Source of the DNA: a virus
IMG/VR virus record: IMGVR_UViG_3300021963_000081
Coordinates: 22,280 to 86,279 of that record
Length of the DNA: 64,000 nucleotides
Strand: one strand, 5' to 3'
Shown: positions 20,901-28,680 of the stretch, piece after piece
How positions within the stretch are numbered: the first letter of the stretch is position 1
How the letters are laid out: the number at the start of each line of letters is the position of its first letter
Notes under the pieces: model-generated
Told to the model about the DNA's origin: nothing
What the model saw: the letters and a program-made list of their open reading frames with translations, nothing else
The model's database searches: none
Position numbers and translations under genes: made by a program

Positions 20901-22469
20901 GACTCAACAACTGAATTGTCATTTGACTATTACATGGCAAGAATTGATAAACTCGTATTGTCGAAGGATAAAGAATTCAGAATTATTAAAGGTAAGTCAG
21001 GTGTAGTCCCATCAGTCCCACGAGACGATGATGATGCAATGACTCTATACACATTGCGCTTACCGCCATATGTTAATGACGTTCAAGCCATTCGTATGGA
21101 GTATAATGAAAACCGTCGCTTTACGATGAAAGACATTTCAAGTCTTGATAAGCGTGTTGAAAAACTTGAGTTTTTTGTTTCGTTAAACAACGTCGAAAAA
21201 CTCGCAATGTCTGATAAAACAAGTTACGAAGATAATACTGAAAAAGAAAAGTATGGCATTGTTGGTGAGAATTTTCAAAACTTCTCGATTGCAGACTTTA
21301 AAGATCCAGCATTTAGTTGTGCATTAGATCAAGGATTCTTAACACCAAGAGCAGAAACAAAAGCATTGTCATTTGCAAATAAATTTTTATCAAATGCAAA
21401 ACTTAATAAAAAGACAATCTCGCTAAACTTCACAGAAACACCTGCGATATCCCAAAACCTTGCTTCTGATAAGGCAGTGTCTGTACAGCCATTCCTATTC
21501 GGTCAATTCAATGGTATTGTTGAGATGTATCCAGAAACTGATTTCTGGGTTGAGAATAAACTCAAGCCAGAAGTAATCACAGTTCCTGAACGTATTATTG
21601 TTGAGCATACAACAGTCTATAAAGAAACAGTTATTGAAAGACAGCCTCAAATCACGATTGAACAAATTTTCCCAACGAGAAATGTTGAGACAATTATTAT
21701 CCGTGAGCCAGCTGTTCTTCCAATCCCATCTACACCTGACGTAGTTGTTGTGGATAATCCTCAACCACCAATTATTGTTCAACCAGATGTGCCAGTTGAA
21801 CCACCTCCACCTCCTGCACCACCAGAGCCACCGCCTCTACCGTGGGAACCACCTCCTCCACCGCCAGAGCCACCAACTCCGATTGATTTGGGATCTCCAG
21901 AAGTGCCGATATGGATTCCATATACCCCACCTCCAACACCACCTGATCCTGAACCAGTTGTTGTTACGCAGCCAATGAGAACTGGTGGCGGTGGTGGTTG
22001 CGTTGTACTAGAAAGTTATGTTCCATTAATTGAGCAAAAACTTTACAACGGTAAACCTGTTACGCAAGCATACATGCTCATGGATGGTATGGATATTCTT
22101 CTTGCCAATGAACAGTCACTTGATACAGTAGTTGGTAAAGTCATTCATAGTGGTATTGAGTTACAACCATGCGTGCGACTCACGACTGAATGTGGAGCTT
22201 CACTAGTATGTTCAACAACCGCTCCGATCCCAACGTTAAATAATGGTGTAATGAAGGCACCAAACGTTATTGGACAGATGATTGGTGTATACAAAAATAA
22301 TGAGTCGTCTTGGAGTAAAGTTGTGAGCATTGAAGATATGGGCGAAAAATTTGTTCGCGGTATAGATACTGGCGACAATAGTTTCTGGGCGGGAGAAACA
22401 GAAGGCGCATATATTCTTCACCACAATATGCGTATGGATAGAGACACTTACGACTATGAGAAGCATTGA
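17958..22469 (+). CDS. VrlC/DUF4815-like large virion protein, N-terminal half, ending in a Pro-rich linker and Hint domain
   Basis: FN.DPYYDDF...Y.RILFKPG.AVQARELTQ.QSILQNQI, LARRT.DESGDY.V.PF, PGKAYVKG.E, DFRP, RFTMKDI..L.KR...LE. Confidence 0.85.
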   Translation: MEFNIDPYYDDFEDNAKNNNYMRILFKPGKAVQARELTQIQSILQNQIKQFGDHVFQDGSPVIGGNLTLDNKVRHVKLLESYNNVDIEIDDFDRKVVRNTSGSVQAKVLATYFPTDGVPTLIVKYLTGLEFQDGDVIKIAGTTTQAQLIASNASGQATVVSINDGVFYVDGFFVQVSDQTVVAQAYGVNANVKVGLEITDTIVDSEIDTTLLDPAQGSFNYQAPGGDRYQFNLTLSTRPLDSIVDEAQFFELMRLENGIITKQVKYPVYAELEKTLARRTFDESGDYTVRPFRATVLDGTDANNYTLAIEPGKAYVKGFEFETLGTIKIDVEKPRSAADVKQLSDIDVDTSSGNYLYVTSVVSPGQGNAFINIASLEKLDIHCGLSSQINVGLGSSAANGFIYQNTKIGTARVRDFIRDDNSTESIVDGNGVYRIYLTDVNITPKVLKASGTHTSTTLNVASGQFLPRTNGLYTNVSITILPIRLDAVENVYATALGNTFTVNANNNGTFAGKVSVGDIVRVGNFAKEVTAVATGNLTVNSAFAYTMANSSSNPVVVYKQTNYSQNVSEQTRTIANSWWQANYATLQVDRAFDNDGVPDSNTVFQLNFGVDDAKCLVSGVAVANSLLANVNVAMNIALDSKLITGDTYLSDPQDKIFIYQLPGSFVRRTSINNADYEYDKMVMNKTVSGTPGVFVIGSGTLAAAESIPWSGTTSSIRDNLVVYVRDKGASSTPNGSLLNLTSANVTVTSNQITIDTGDAALQAIDAVVRVKLNDTEDLIRTKTYYADSSFSADPFTYPTSNATANVEVSLTNLGHVASLNLANGLIWLSNPSFNAVRPGDSISLFLPDVVKVNKVLMGNTTHYPDSNNVEDITERFVFDYGQRDDKYDHARIILKQGYGSPSGKLLVHVDFYHHIFSTVNKLSFFGPSSYSQDQYDDNLIPVYAAQINGRIYNLRDCLDFRPSRPIGDVSDSFNVPNIPNPDSTTELSFDYYMARIDKLVLSKDKEFRIIKGKSGVVPSVPRDDDDAMTLYTLRLPPYVNDVQAIRMEYNENRRFTMKDISSLDKRVEKLEFFVSLNNVEKLAMSDKTSYEDNTEKEKYGIVGENFQNFSIADFKDPAFSCALDQGFLTPRAETKALSFANKFLSNAKLNKKTISLNFTETPAISQNLASDKAVSVQPFLFGQFNGIVEMYPETDFWVENKLKPEVITVPERIIVEHTTVYKETVIERQPQITIEQIFPTRNVETIIIREPAVLPIPSTPDVVVVDNPQPPIIVQPDVPVEPPPPPAPPEPPPLPWEPPPPPPEPPTPIDLGSPEVPIWIPYTPPPTPPDPEPVVVTQPMRTGGGGGCVVLESYVPLIEQKLYNGKPVTQAYMLMDGMDILLANEQSLDTVVGKVIHSGIELQPCVRLTTECGASLVCSTTAPIPTLNNGVMKAPNVIGQMIGVYKNNESSWSKVVSIEDMGEKFVRGIDTGDNSFWAGETEGAYILHHNMRMDRDTYDYEKH
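21999..22427 (+). other. Hint (intein-like) domain, probably non-splicing
   Basis: GGGGG|CVVLESYV start, RL.T..G..L.CS block, D.G..SF.AG..ILHHN end; residue after Asn is Met. Confidence 0.75.
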
Positions 22470-22485
22470 TTTCTAGGAAAAAAAC

Positions 22486-25400
22486 ATGGCAATTAAAACA
22501 GAATACGGAACAGTAGTTGTTGACACAAATCTAGTTCCTTATATGAGACCTATAGATATCGAGTTTACTGCTCGAAATCTCAAGCCATATAAAATCGGTA
22601 GTGTCTTTTTCGACGACATCGCCGTTAATCGCTTTTGTCAAGTTGGCAATAAAGTAGAAATTGATGCAAAGAAAGTTATTGCAATTACTTCAAATACGGC
22701 AACAGCACCAACCTCTGGTCAATTAGTATACCAAGGATCGTCAAACGAAGCCGCATCATTTACCGCAACTGTTGATGCATATTATTCTGGTAACACAACG
22801 GTAATCCTTCGTTCGTTATCTGGAAATTTTGATGATACAGCTTCGTTGTTTATTGAAAATGGTTCTGGTGCAACTTATGCAAATGCAAGAATTGTCACTG
22901 TAAACGATTTCAATACATCAGATTCTTTCTATGCTGGAGAAGGTGTTATTTCTCCACAATCAAATACGTTTGCGACAGTTATCGCAACGACTGGTGATGA
23001 TGTTGTTTATCTAAATCAAAATTATCATAATATTAATGTTGTTGCAACCAGCGGTTCTACGCTTGCCGATTATACTAGTAAGTTTAAGGTTGGTGATCTT
23101 GTATTCCAAACTGCAGATGGTCAAAACAGATATGACCTTGCAGCATTCCGCGGACATGTTGAATACATTAACACGACTGGTGGAGCAATTGCAATTCGTC
23201 CAATCGACGGAACATTAGTTGCTAATGCCACAAGCACTTCGACGAATGCAAACGCCAGACTCTGGTGTGTTACCGATACATCTTCGCCTAAACCACTCCA
23301 CCTAAACTCATTTAATCTTTCTGGTTTTCCAGTAGATTCTTATCTTAAGAGCGTCGCAAACTCTGCAAACATTAAGATTATGGCATACACACATACATCA
23401 GGTGTGCTTGCAAATACATTAAATTCTGGATTGACACAAGTATTGCTTCCAACCAGTGCAAACACCTCAGGTGCTGCTGGCAATTTGATTTACTTTACTT
23501 CTGGAACATCAGCTGGATCTTTAAAACTAATTACAGCTGTAAGTGGAAGAACTGTAACTCTTGATTCAGCACTTGACCTAGATTACTCTTCAAATACAAC
23601 ATATTCTATTGGTAATTTTATTGTTGATGATACTGGTTGCCTTGCTGGTGTGTTCAGCGTTCCAGCATATCCTGGATTTAAGTTTAAAACTGGTAATCGT
23701 GTATTAACAATCACTGACACTTCAACTGTAAGCGATCCAGATTACGCAATGCGCGCAGCTGGTTCATTTGTTGCAAGTGGCATATTAAAGACAACTCAAA
23801 GAATTCAAACAACACCAACACTTCCACCTCTCCCTGAAGTGGATTCTGATGCGCTTGTTCGTCCAATTTCTCCAGCTGATAGATCGTATAATGCGGATGC
23901 AGTTAAAAATCCATCAACATCTTCTACTGGCTCAACGACACCAAGAATCAGCCTCGGAGATGGTTTGTCTCAAACATTCTTTACACCACGTCCAAAATCA
24001 AGCGCAAACAAGCAAGATTATGGTATGTTCGTAAGTTCTGTTGATCTATTCTTTAAGAGTAAGCCATCAACATCTCTTGGTGCGATGCAGCTTCCAATCA
24101 CATTGAAGATTGCAGAAGTTCAAAATGGTTATCCAACAAAGAACTATCTTGCTGCTAAGACAATTCAATGTAAGGATGTTAAGATTTCTACAGTTCCAAG
24201 CACGTCAAATACTTCAACTGTCACAAAGTTTACATTTGATGATCCAGTATTCTTAGAACCAGCTCGCGAATATGCGCTTGTTCTCGGATCTGACTCTCCA
24301 GATTATGAAGTATTCGTTGCAGAACTAGGTGCAGATGTTCTTGGTGCTACACCAACTCGTCGTATTTCCGAGCAGCCATACGCTGGTTCATTCTTCCGCT
24401 CACAAAACTCATCAACCTGGACACCATATCAGAATCAAGATTTGATGTTTGTGATTAATAAAGCAGTGTTTTTTAATTCTGGAGACGGCACTGCAAGATT
24501 TACACTCGATGAAGCACCAGAAGCAAATAACTTTGTTGATAAAGTTATCTTGATGGCTTCTGATCTTGACTTCCCAGTGACTGACCTTTCTTACAGCCTT
24601 CGTGGTGTTTACGCAAACGGATCTGGTCAAACTCAAGAAAGTGTCAGCGGTGTTGAATTGACTAAATTCTCGCCAGTTGAATATGGAACTATTCTTGATA
24701 AGTCAAATAAAACATCTATCAATCGTCGTAAATTGCTCAAAGGCAACGCAAACAGCTTTATTTTAACAGTAACTATGTCAACAGGCGATGCTGATATTTC
24801 TCCAGTAGTAAATATCGAAAGACTTGGTCTTACTGCATCTCGCTTCTTGATTAATAATGCTGGCATTCCAAATACTCAAATTTCTCTTTTGAGTTATGGT
24901 AGTGGATATAACGCAACGATCACTTCTGCTAATGTTTCAAATGCTCAAGAAAATGTATTTGGAACTTCAGTTTCGACGTTAGTCGCAAATGCTGCGCTAT
25001 ATCGCCAATATATCTTTGCTAATAACGCAAATATTGGTTTCTATGCAATCAATATTGCTGGTGGCGGTGGCTCTGGTGCAACTGGTTTCGCTGTTGCAAA
25101 TACTGACGGTCAAAATACTGTCAACTACGTTGTTATTACCGATCCAGGCAGCGGATATCTAACCACTCCAACGATTCGAATCGTTTCTGGTAATGCAACA
25201 CCAAATTCGAATGCAACAGCAGTAGTCGCTGGAGAAACAGGCAAATCTGGTGGTAATATCCAGGCGAAGTATGTAACTCGAGAAATTGTTCTAGAAGATG
25301 GCTTCGAGTCTGGTGATATTCGTGTGTTTATGGACGCGATCCGCCCAACTGGAACAGATGTCAATGTTTACTATAAAGTTAAATCAGTAGACGATAATGA

Positions 25401-25656
25401 TCGCTTTAGCGATAAAAGCTGGCAGTTAATGTTCAAATATAAGGACATTTACTCTAAGAGTCCTAGATCTCTTATTGGTTTAGAGTTTAGACCAGACTTA
25501 TTAGAAAACAGACTTTCATATGTTGAAAATGGAGTTACTTACCCTATTGGCGGTAAATTTAAGTCCTTTGCGATTAAGGTTGTATTGACCTCTTCTGATC
25601 CATCATTAGTACCTAAAGTTAGAAATCTTCGTATTATTGCGACCCCAGAAGGTTAA
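22486..25656 (+). CDS. VrlC/DUF4815-like large virion protein, C-terminal half
   Basis: PYMRP..I.F.A.NLKP, FKTG.R.L..TD, LSQTF, G.F.SSVDLFF..K, GSFF.SQN.STWT..Q..DL.F, FKSFAIK.V, P.VRNLR.IA. Confidence 0.85.
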   Translation: MAIKTEYGTVVVDTNLVPYMRPIDIEFTARNLKPYKIGSVFFDDIAVNRFCQVGNKVEIDAKKVIAITSNTATAPTSGQLVYQGSSNEAASFTATVDAYYSGNTTVILRSLSGNFDDTASLFIENGSGATYANARIVTVNDFNTSDSFYAGEGVISPQSNTFATVIATTGDDVVYLNQNYHNINVVATSGSTLADYTSKFKVGDLVFQTADGQNRYDLAAFRGHVEYINTTGGAIAIRPIDGTLVANATSTSTNANARLWCVTDTSSPKPLHLNSFNLSGFPVDSYLKSVANSANIKIMAYTHTSGVLANTLNSGLTQVLLPTSANTSGAAGNLIYFTSGTSAGSLKLITAVSGRTVTLDSALDLDYSSNTTYSIGNFIVDDTGCLAGVFSVPAYPGFKFKTGNRVLTITDTSTVSDPDYAMRAAGSFVASGILKTTQRIQTTPTLPPLPEVDSDALVRPISPADRSYNADAVKNPSTSSTGSTTPRISLGDGLSQTFFTPRPKSSANKQDYGMFVSSVDLFFKSKPSTSLGAMQLPITLKIAEVQNGYPTKNYLAAKTIQCKDVKISTVPSTSNTSTVTKFTFDDPVFLEPAREYALVLGSDSPDYEVFVAELGADVLGATPTRRISEQPYAGSFFRSQNSSTWTPYQNQDLMFVINKAVFFNSGDGTARFTLDEAPEANNFVDKVILMASDLDFPVTDLSYSLRGVYANGSGQTQESVSGVELTKFSPVEYGTILDKSNKTSINRRKLLKGNANSFILTVTMSTGDADISPVVNIERLGLTASRFLINNAGIPNTQISLLSYGSGYNATITSANVSNAQENVFGTSVSTLVANAALYRQYIFANNANIGFYAINIAGGGGSGATGFAVANTDGQNTVNYVVITDPGSGYLTTPTIRIVSGNATPNSNATAVVAGETGKSGGNIQAKYVTREIVLEDGFESGDIRVFMDAIRPTGTDVNVYYKVKSVDDNDRFSDKSWQLMFKYKDIYSKSPRSLIGLEFRPDLLENRLSYVENGVTYPIGGKFKSFAIKVVLTSSDPSLVPKVRNLRIIATPEG

Positions 25657-25658
25657 TT

Positions 25659-25883
25659 ATGTCGAAAGCAAGGATTGAAGGAAGCCCTAATTTCATAAAA
25701 GACGAAAGAAACATTGCTGTGTTAAATACGAATAAAGCCGTTATTGCTAAACATGAGCAAAAAATGGCTGAACTTCGTAGAAATAAGCAGGTTGACGACG
25801 ACATAAATAATCTGAAATCTGAAGTTTCAGACATAAAAGATATGCTTTCCCAAATTTTAAAAGCCGTTAGTGGCGAGAAGTAG
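25659..25883 (+). CDS. Small coiled-coil hypothetical protein
   Basis: 74-aa ORF, C-terminal heptads (INNLKSEVSDIKDMLSQIL); such a gene commonly follows VrlC-like genes. Confidence 0.75.
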   Translation: MSKARIEGSPNFIKDERNIAVLNTNKAVIAKHEQKMAELRRNKQVDDDINNLKSEVSDIKDMLSQILKAVSGEK

Positions 25884-25885
25884 AC

Positions 25886-28675
25886 ATGGCAAATACAGTT
25901 AATGTAGGCATTACAACAACAGCCTGTACTTTCAATCAGTGGCGTATCACCGACAATCTCATGGCGAACGACGTCAACGAGATTGCTCGTGGCAATTTCG
26001 TGAAGGCGACTGGAAATGTTACCATTTCTAATGGATTCCTTCTTCTTGCAAACTCCTCTGGTGGCGTTATTCTAGATGTTCGTGATGATACGAACATCGA
26101 CGGAACACTTACCGTAAAAGATATCGAAGTTGATAACTCAACTGGTCACGTCTATGTTGATGCTGGCGATATCTGGTTCCGTCGTATGGGCTCGGCAGAT
26201 CGTTTCTGGAGCAACACGAACACAACATTCTTCTGTTCTAATGTTTCTGTAACAAACGCAGAAGTCGGAACTTTGAATGTAAACAATCAGATGGTGACGG
26301 TAAATACCTCCATCTTTAATGTTGCAAATACTAATCTTGCAGCAACGATGAACGTCCACCCAGCCAATGTTTGGGTATTTGGCGCAAACTTAACTATTCA
26401 GAATACTTCTTCTGGATCTTTAAATGTCTTTAATAGACTATTGCACGTTAACTCTGGTAATTCGTTCTTCGGAAATACTTCTGCGCTTGCAACATTCAAT
26501 GTCCATCCAGCAAATGTCAATTTCTTCGGCACGAATGTAACCGTATCGAATACAACTGCTGGATCACTAAACGTTGATAATCGTCTTGTGATGGTTACAA
26601 CGCCAAATATTTTCTTCTCAAATACTCACTCATCAGCCAGATTTAATGTAAATCCAAATACTTACTTCCATGGCGGTGAGGTAAATGTTGCAAATACTGC
26701 GCTTACTTCTACTGTAAACGTCCATACTGGTAATGTATTCTTCTTCAGCGGAAATGTTACAGTATCAAATACAACTGGTGGCTCTCTAAATGTCGACAAT
26801 AGACTTGTTATGGTGACAACACCTAACATCTATTTCTCGAATACACATTCTTCTGCTCGCTTCAATGTAAATCCAAACACCTTCTTTACTGGTGGCGAAG
26901 TCAACGTATCAAATACGGCATTGACTTCTACAATGAACGTTCACCCTGCAAATGTTTGGTTCTTTGGTGCAAATGTAACAGTATCAAACACCAGCGATGG
27001 TTCATTTAATGTTGATAATCGTTTGGTCAGAGTAACATCACCAAATGTGATCTATGCAAACACTCATGCTTCCGCAAGATTCAATGTATTCCCAAATACA
27101 TTCTTCCATGGTGGATTAGTAAACGTTGCAAACACTTCACAATTTGCTACCGTTAACATTACACCAAACACTTGGATTTTTGCAAACCTAAACGTTGGAT
27201 CAAACCTTGAAGTCACTGCAAACACTTTCTTGTATTCGAACCTAGCGGTATCTAAGAATACACTAATTTCTCAAAATGCAAACGTCGTTGGAACATTCAA
27301 TGTAACTTCTACTGCTGAAGTAACTGGAAACACTTCGCTCTATTCAAACCTCGCTGTATCTAAGAATACAACGATGTCGCAAAACGCGAATGTATCTGGT
27401 ACGATGAATGTTGGTTCAATACTAGCAGTCACTGGCAACACTGAACTTCTATCCAACCTTGCGGTTTCTAAGAATACGACGTTGAGCCAAAACGCTAATG
27501 TCCTAGGAACTCTCAATGTAACATCTTTCCTCGATGTTGGTGCAAATACAGCGATTGCTGGCAATTTAGCGGTATCACGGAACACCTCTACTGGTAACTT
27601 GAGTGTTACACAAAATGTCGCTGCTGGAAATATTGCTGCAGCAAATGCTGTTTTTACAAATAATCTAGCAGCAGGAAATCTTTCTGTTTCTGGTCTATCT
27701 AACTCTACTTGCGCAAACATTACTACGCTTTGGGTTCAAGACCTAACAGTACAGAATGCCATTGCTGCTCCTGCAACAACGACAGGTTCTGAATATAGAT
27801 TGCGCGTTAGCCAAGGTTCACGCCAAGATGGTTTCTTTGGCGTTGGACTTGGAACTACTGCAAATGGTAATGCATGGTTAAGATTTGATACTTCAGCTGG
27901 CAATGTTTGGCGTGCAACGGCAAATAGCACTGAAGGAACTTACTATACGATTATTACGCGCCAAAATGTATCTGATGATGTTGCAACAACTGATTCATCA
28001 AATGTTGCATCACTCACTGCAGTTAGAATCGCGAATGCAAATGCTCTTGCTGCGTTGGCTGCGGCAAACTCAGGAGCCAATTCTGTTTGGGTCTATGCTT
28101 ACGGTGGTTCTGTTCTTTCGAACGCAAATCTAAACTTCATCAATACTGCTTCTGTGAATGCATTTGCTGCTGCAAATGGTTCAACTCAAGCCAACGTATC
28201 GTTTGCAATGAACACTGCAAACATTGTGGCAATTGGTACTGGCGCAGCTGCTCTTACGATTTCGCCAAACACTACGATTTCTCAAAATCTAACTGTAAGC
28301 GGTAATCTAACTGTCACAGGAAATATTACTGGTACATTGAAGTCGACAAAAGACTCGCTCACAACTGCTACGGTTTCAGGTGCGACGACTGTTAACTTGA
28401 ATAACGGTAACTGGTTTAGATATACATTGACAGGAACTCCAACGTTTACATTCGCGAATGCTCCAGCCTCTGGAAATGCAATGACAGTAACGTTGTTAGT
28501 ATTGCAAAACGGAACAGGAGGATATACGCCAGCTTGGGGTAATACAATCTACTGGGCAGGTGGTCAAGTGCCTCCTGCATCTACTGGAGCGAATAAACTT
28601 GATATGTGGACATTCACAACAACAGATGGTGGAAGTACGTTTATCGGAACATTGGCTGTTAAAGACGCGAGATAA
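25886..28675 (+). CDS. Tail-fibre-like protein, Asn/Thr/Val-rich beta repeats, C-terminal domain ending KDAR
   Basis: TFNQWR...N N-terminus; 18-20-aa repeats; C-terminal NAPASG...WAGG..P...D.WTF.T.DGG domain shared with 42052-44991. Confidence 0.75.
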   Translation: MANTVNVGITTTACTFNQWRITDNLMANDVNEIARGNFVKATGNVTISNGFLLLANSSGGVILDVRDDTNIDGTLTVKDIEVDNSTGHVYVDAGDIWFRRMGSADRFWSNTNTTFFCSNVSVTNAEVGTLNVNNQMVTVNTSIFNVANTNLAATMNVHPANVWVFGANLTIQNTSSGSLNVFNRLLHVNSGNSFFGNTSALATFNVHPANVNFFGTNVTVSNTTAGSLNVDNRLVMVTTPNIFFSNTHSSARFNVNPNTYFHGGEVNVANTALTSTVNVHTGNVFFFSGNVTVSNTTGGSLNVDNRLVMVTTPNIYFSNTHSSARFNVNPNTFFTGGEVNVSNTALTSTMNVHPANVWFFGANVTVSNTSDGSFNVDNRLVRVTSPNVIYANTHASARFNVFPNTFFHGGLVNVANTSQFATVNITPNTWIFANLNVGSNLEVTANTFLYSNLAVSKNTLISQNANVVGTFNVTSTAEVTGNTSLYSNLAVSKNTTMSQNANVSGTMNVGSILAVTGNTELLSNLAVSKNTTLSQNANVLGTLNVTSFLDVGANTAIAGNLAVSRNTSTGNLSVTQNVAAGNIAAANAVFTNNLAAGNLSVSGLSNSTCANITTLWVQDLTVQNAIAAPATTTGSEYRLRVSQGSRQDGFFGVGLGTTANGNAWLRFDTSAGNVWRATANSTEGTYYTIITRQNVSDDVATTDSSNVASLTAVRIANANALAALAAANSGANSVWVYAYGGSVLSNANLNFINTASVNAFAAANGSTQANVSFAMNTANIVAIGTGAAALTISPNTTISQNLTVSGNLTVTGNITGTLKSTKDSLTTATVSGATTVNLNNGNWFRYTLTGTPTFTFANAPASGNAMTVTLLVLQNGTGGYTPAWGNTIYWAGGQVPPASTGANKLDMWTFTTTDGGSTFIGTLAVKDAR

Positions 28676-28680
28676 TCGCC

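Noticed and set aside
21999-22427. Canonical splicing intein or homing element
   Set aside because: No endonuclease domain, +1 residue is Met, block-B His is absent and the C-extein would be only 13 aa.
22440-22500. Frameshift/pseudogene splitting the VrlC-like gene
   Set aside because: The second ORF has its own AGGA SD and ATG, and the first ends after a coherent Hint domain, so the split looks genuine.
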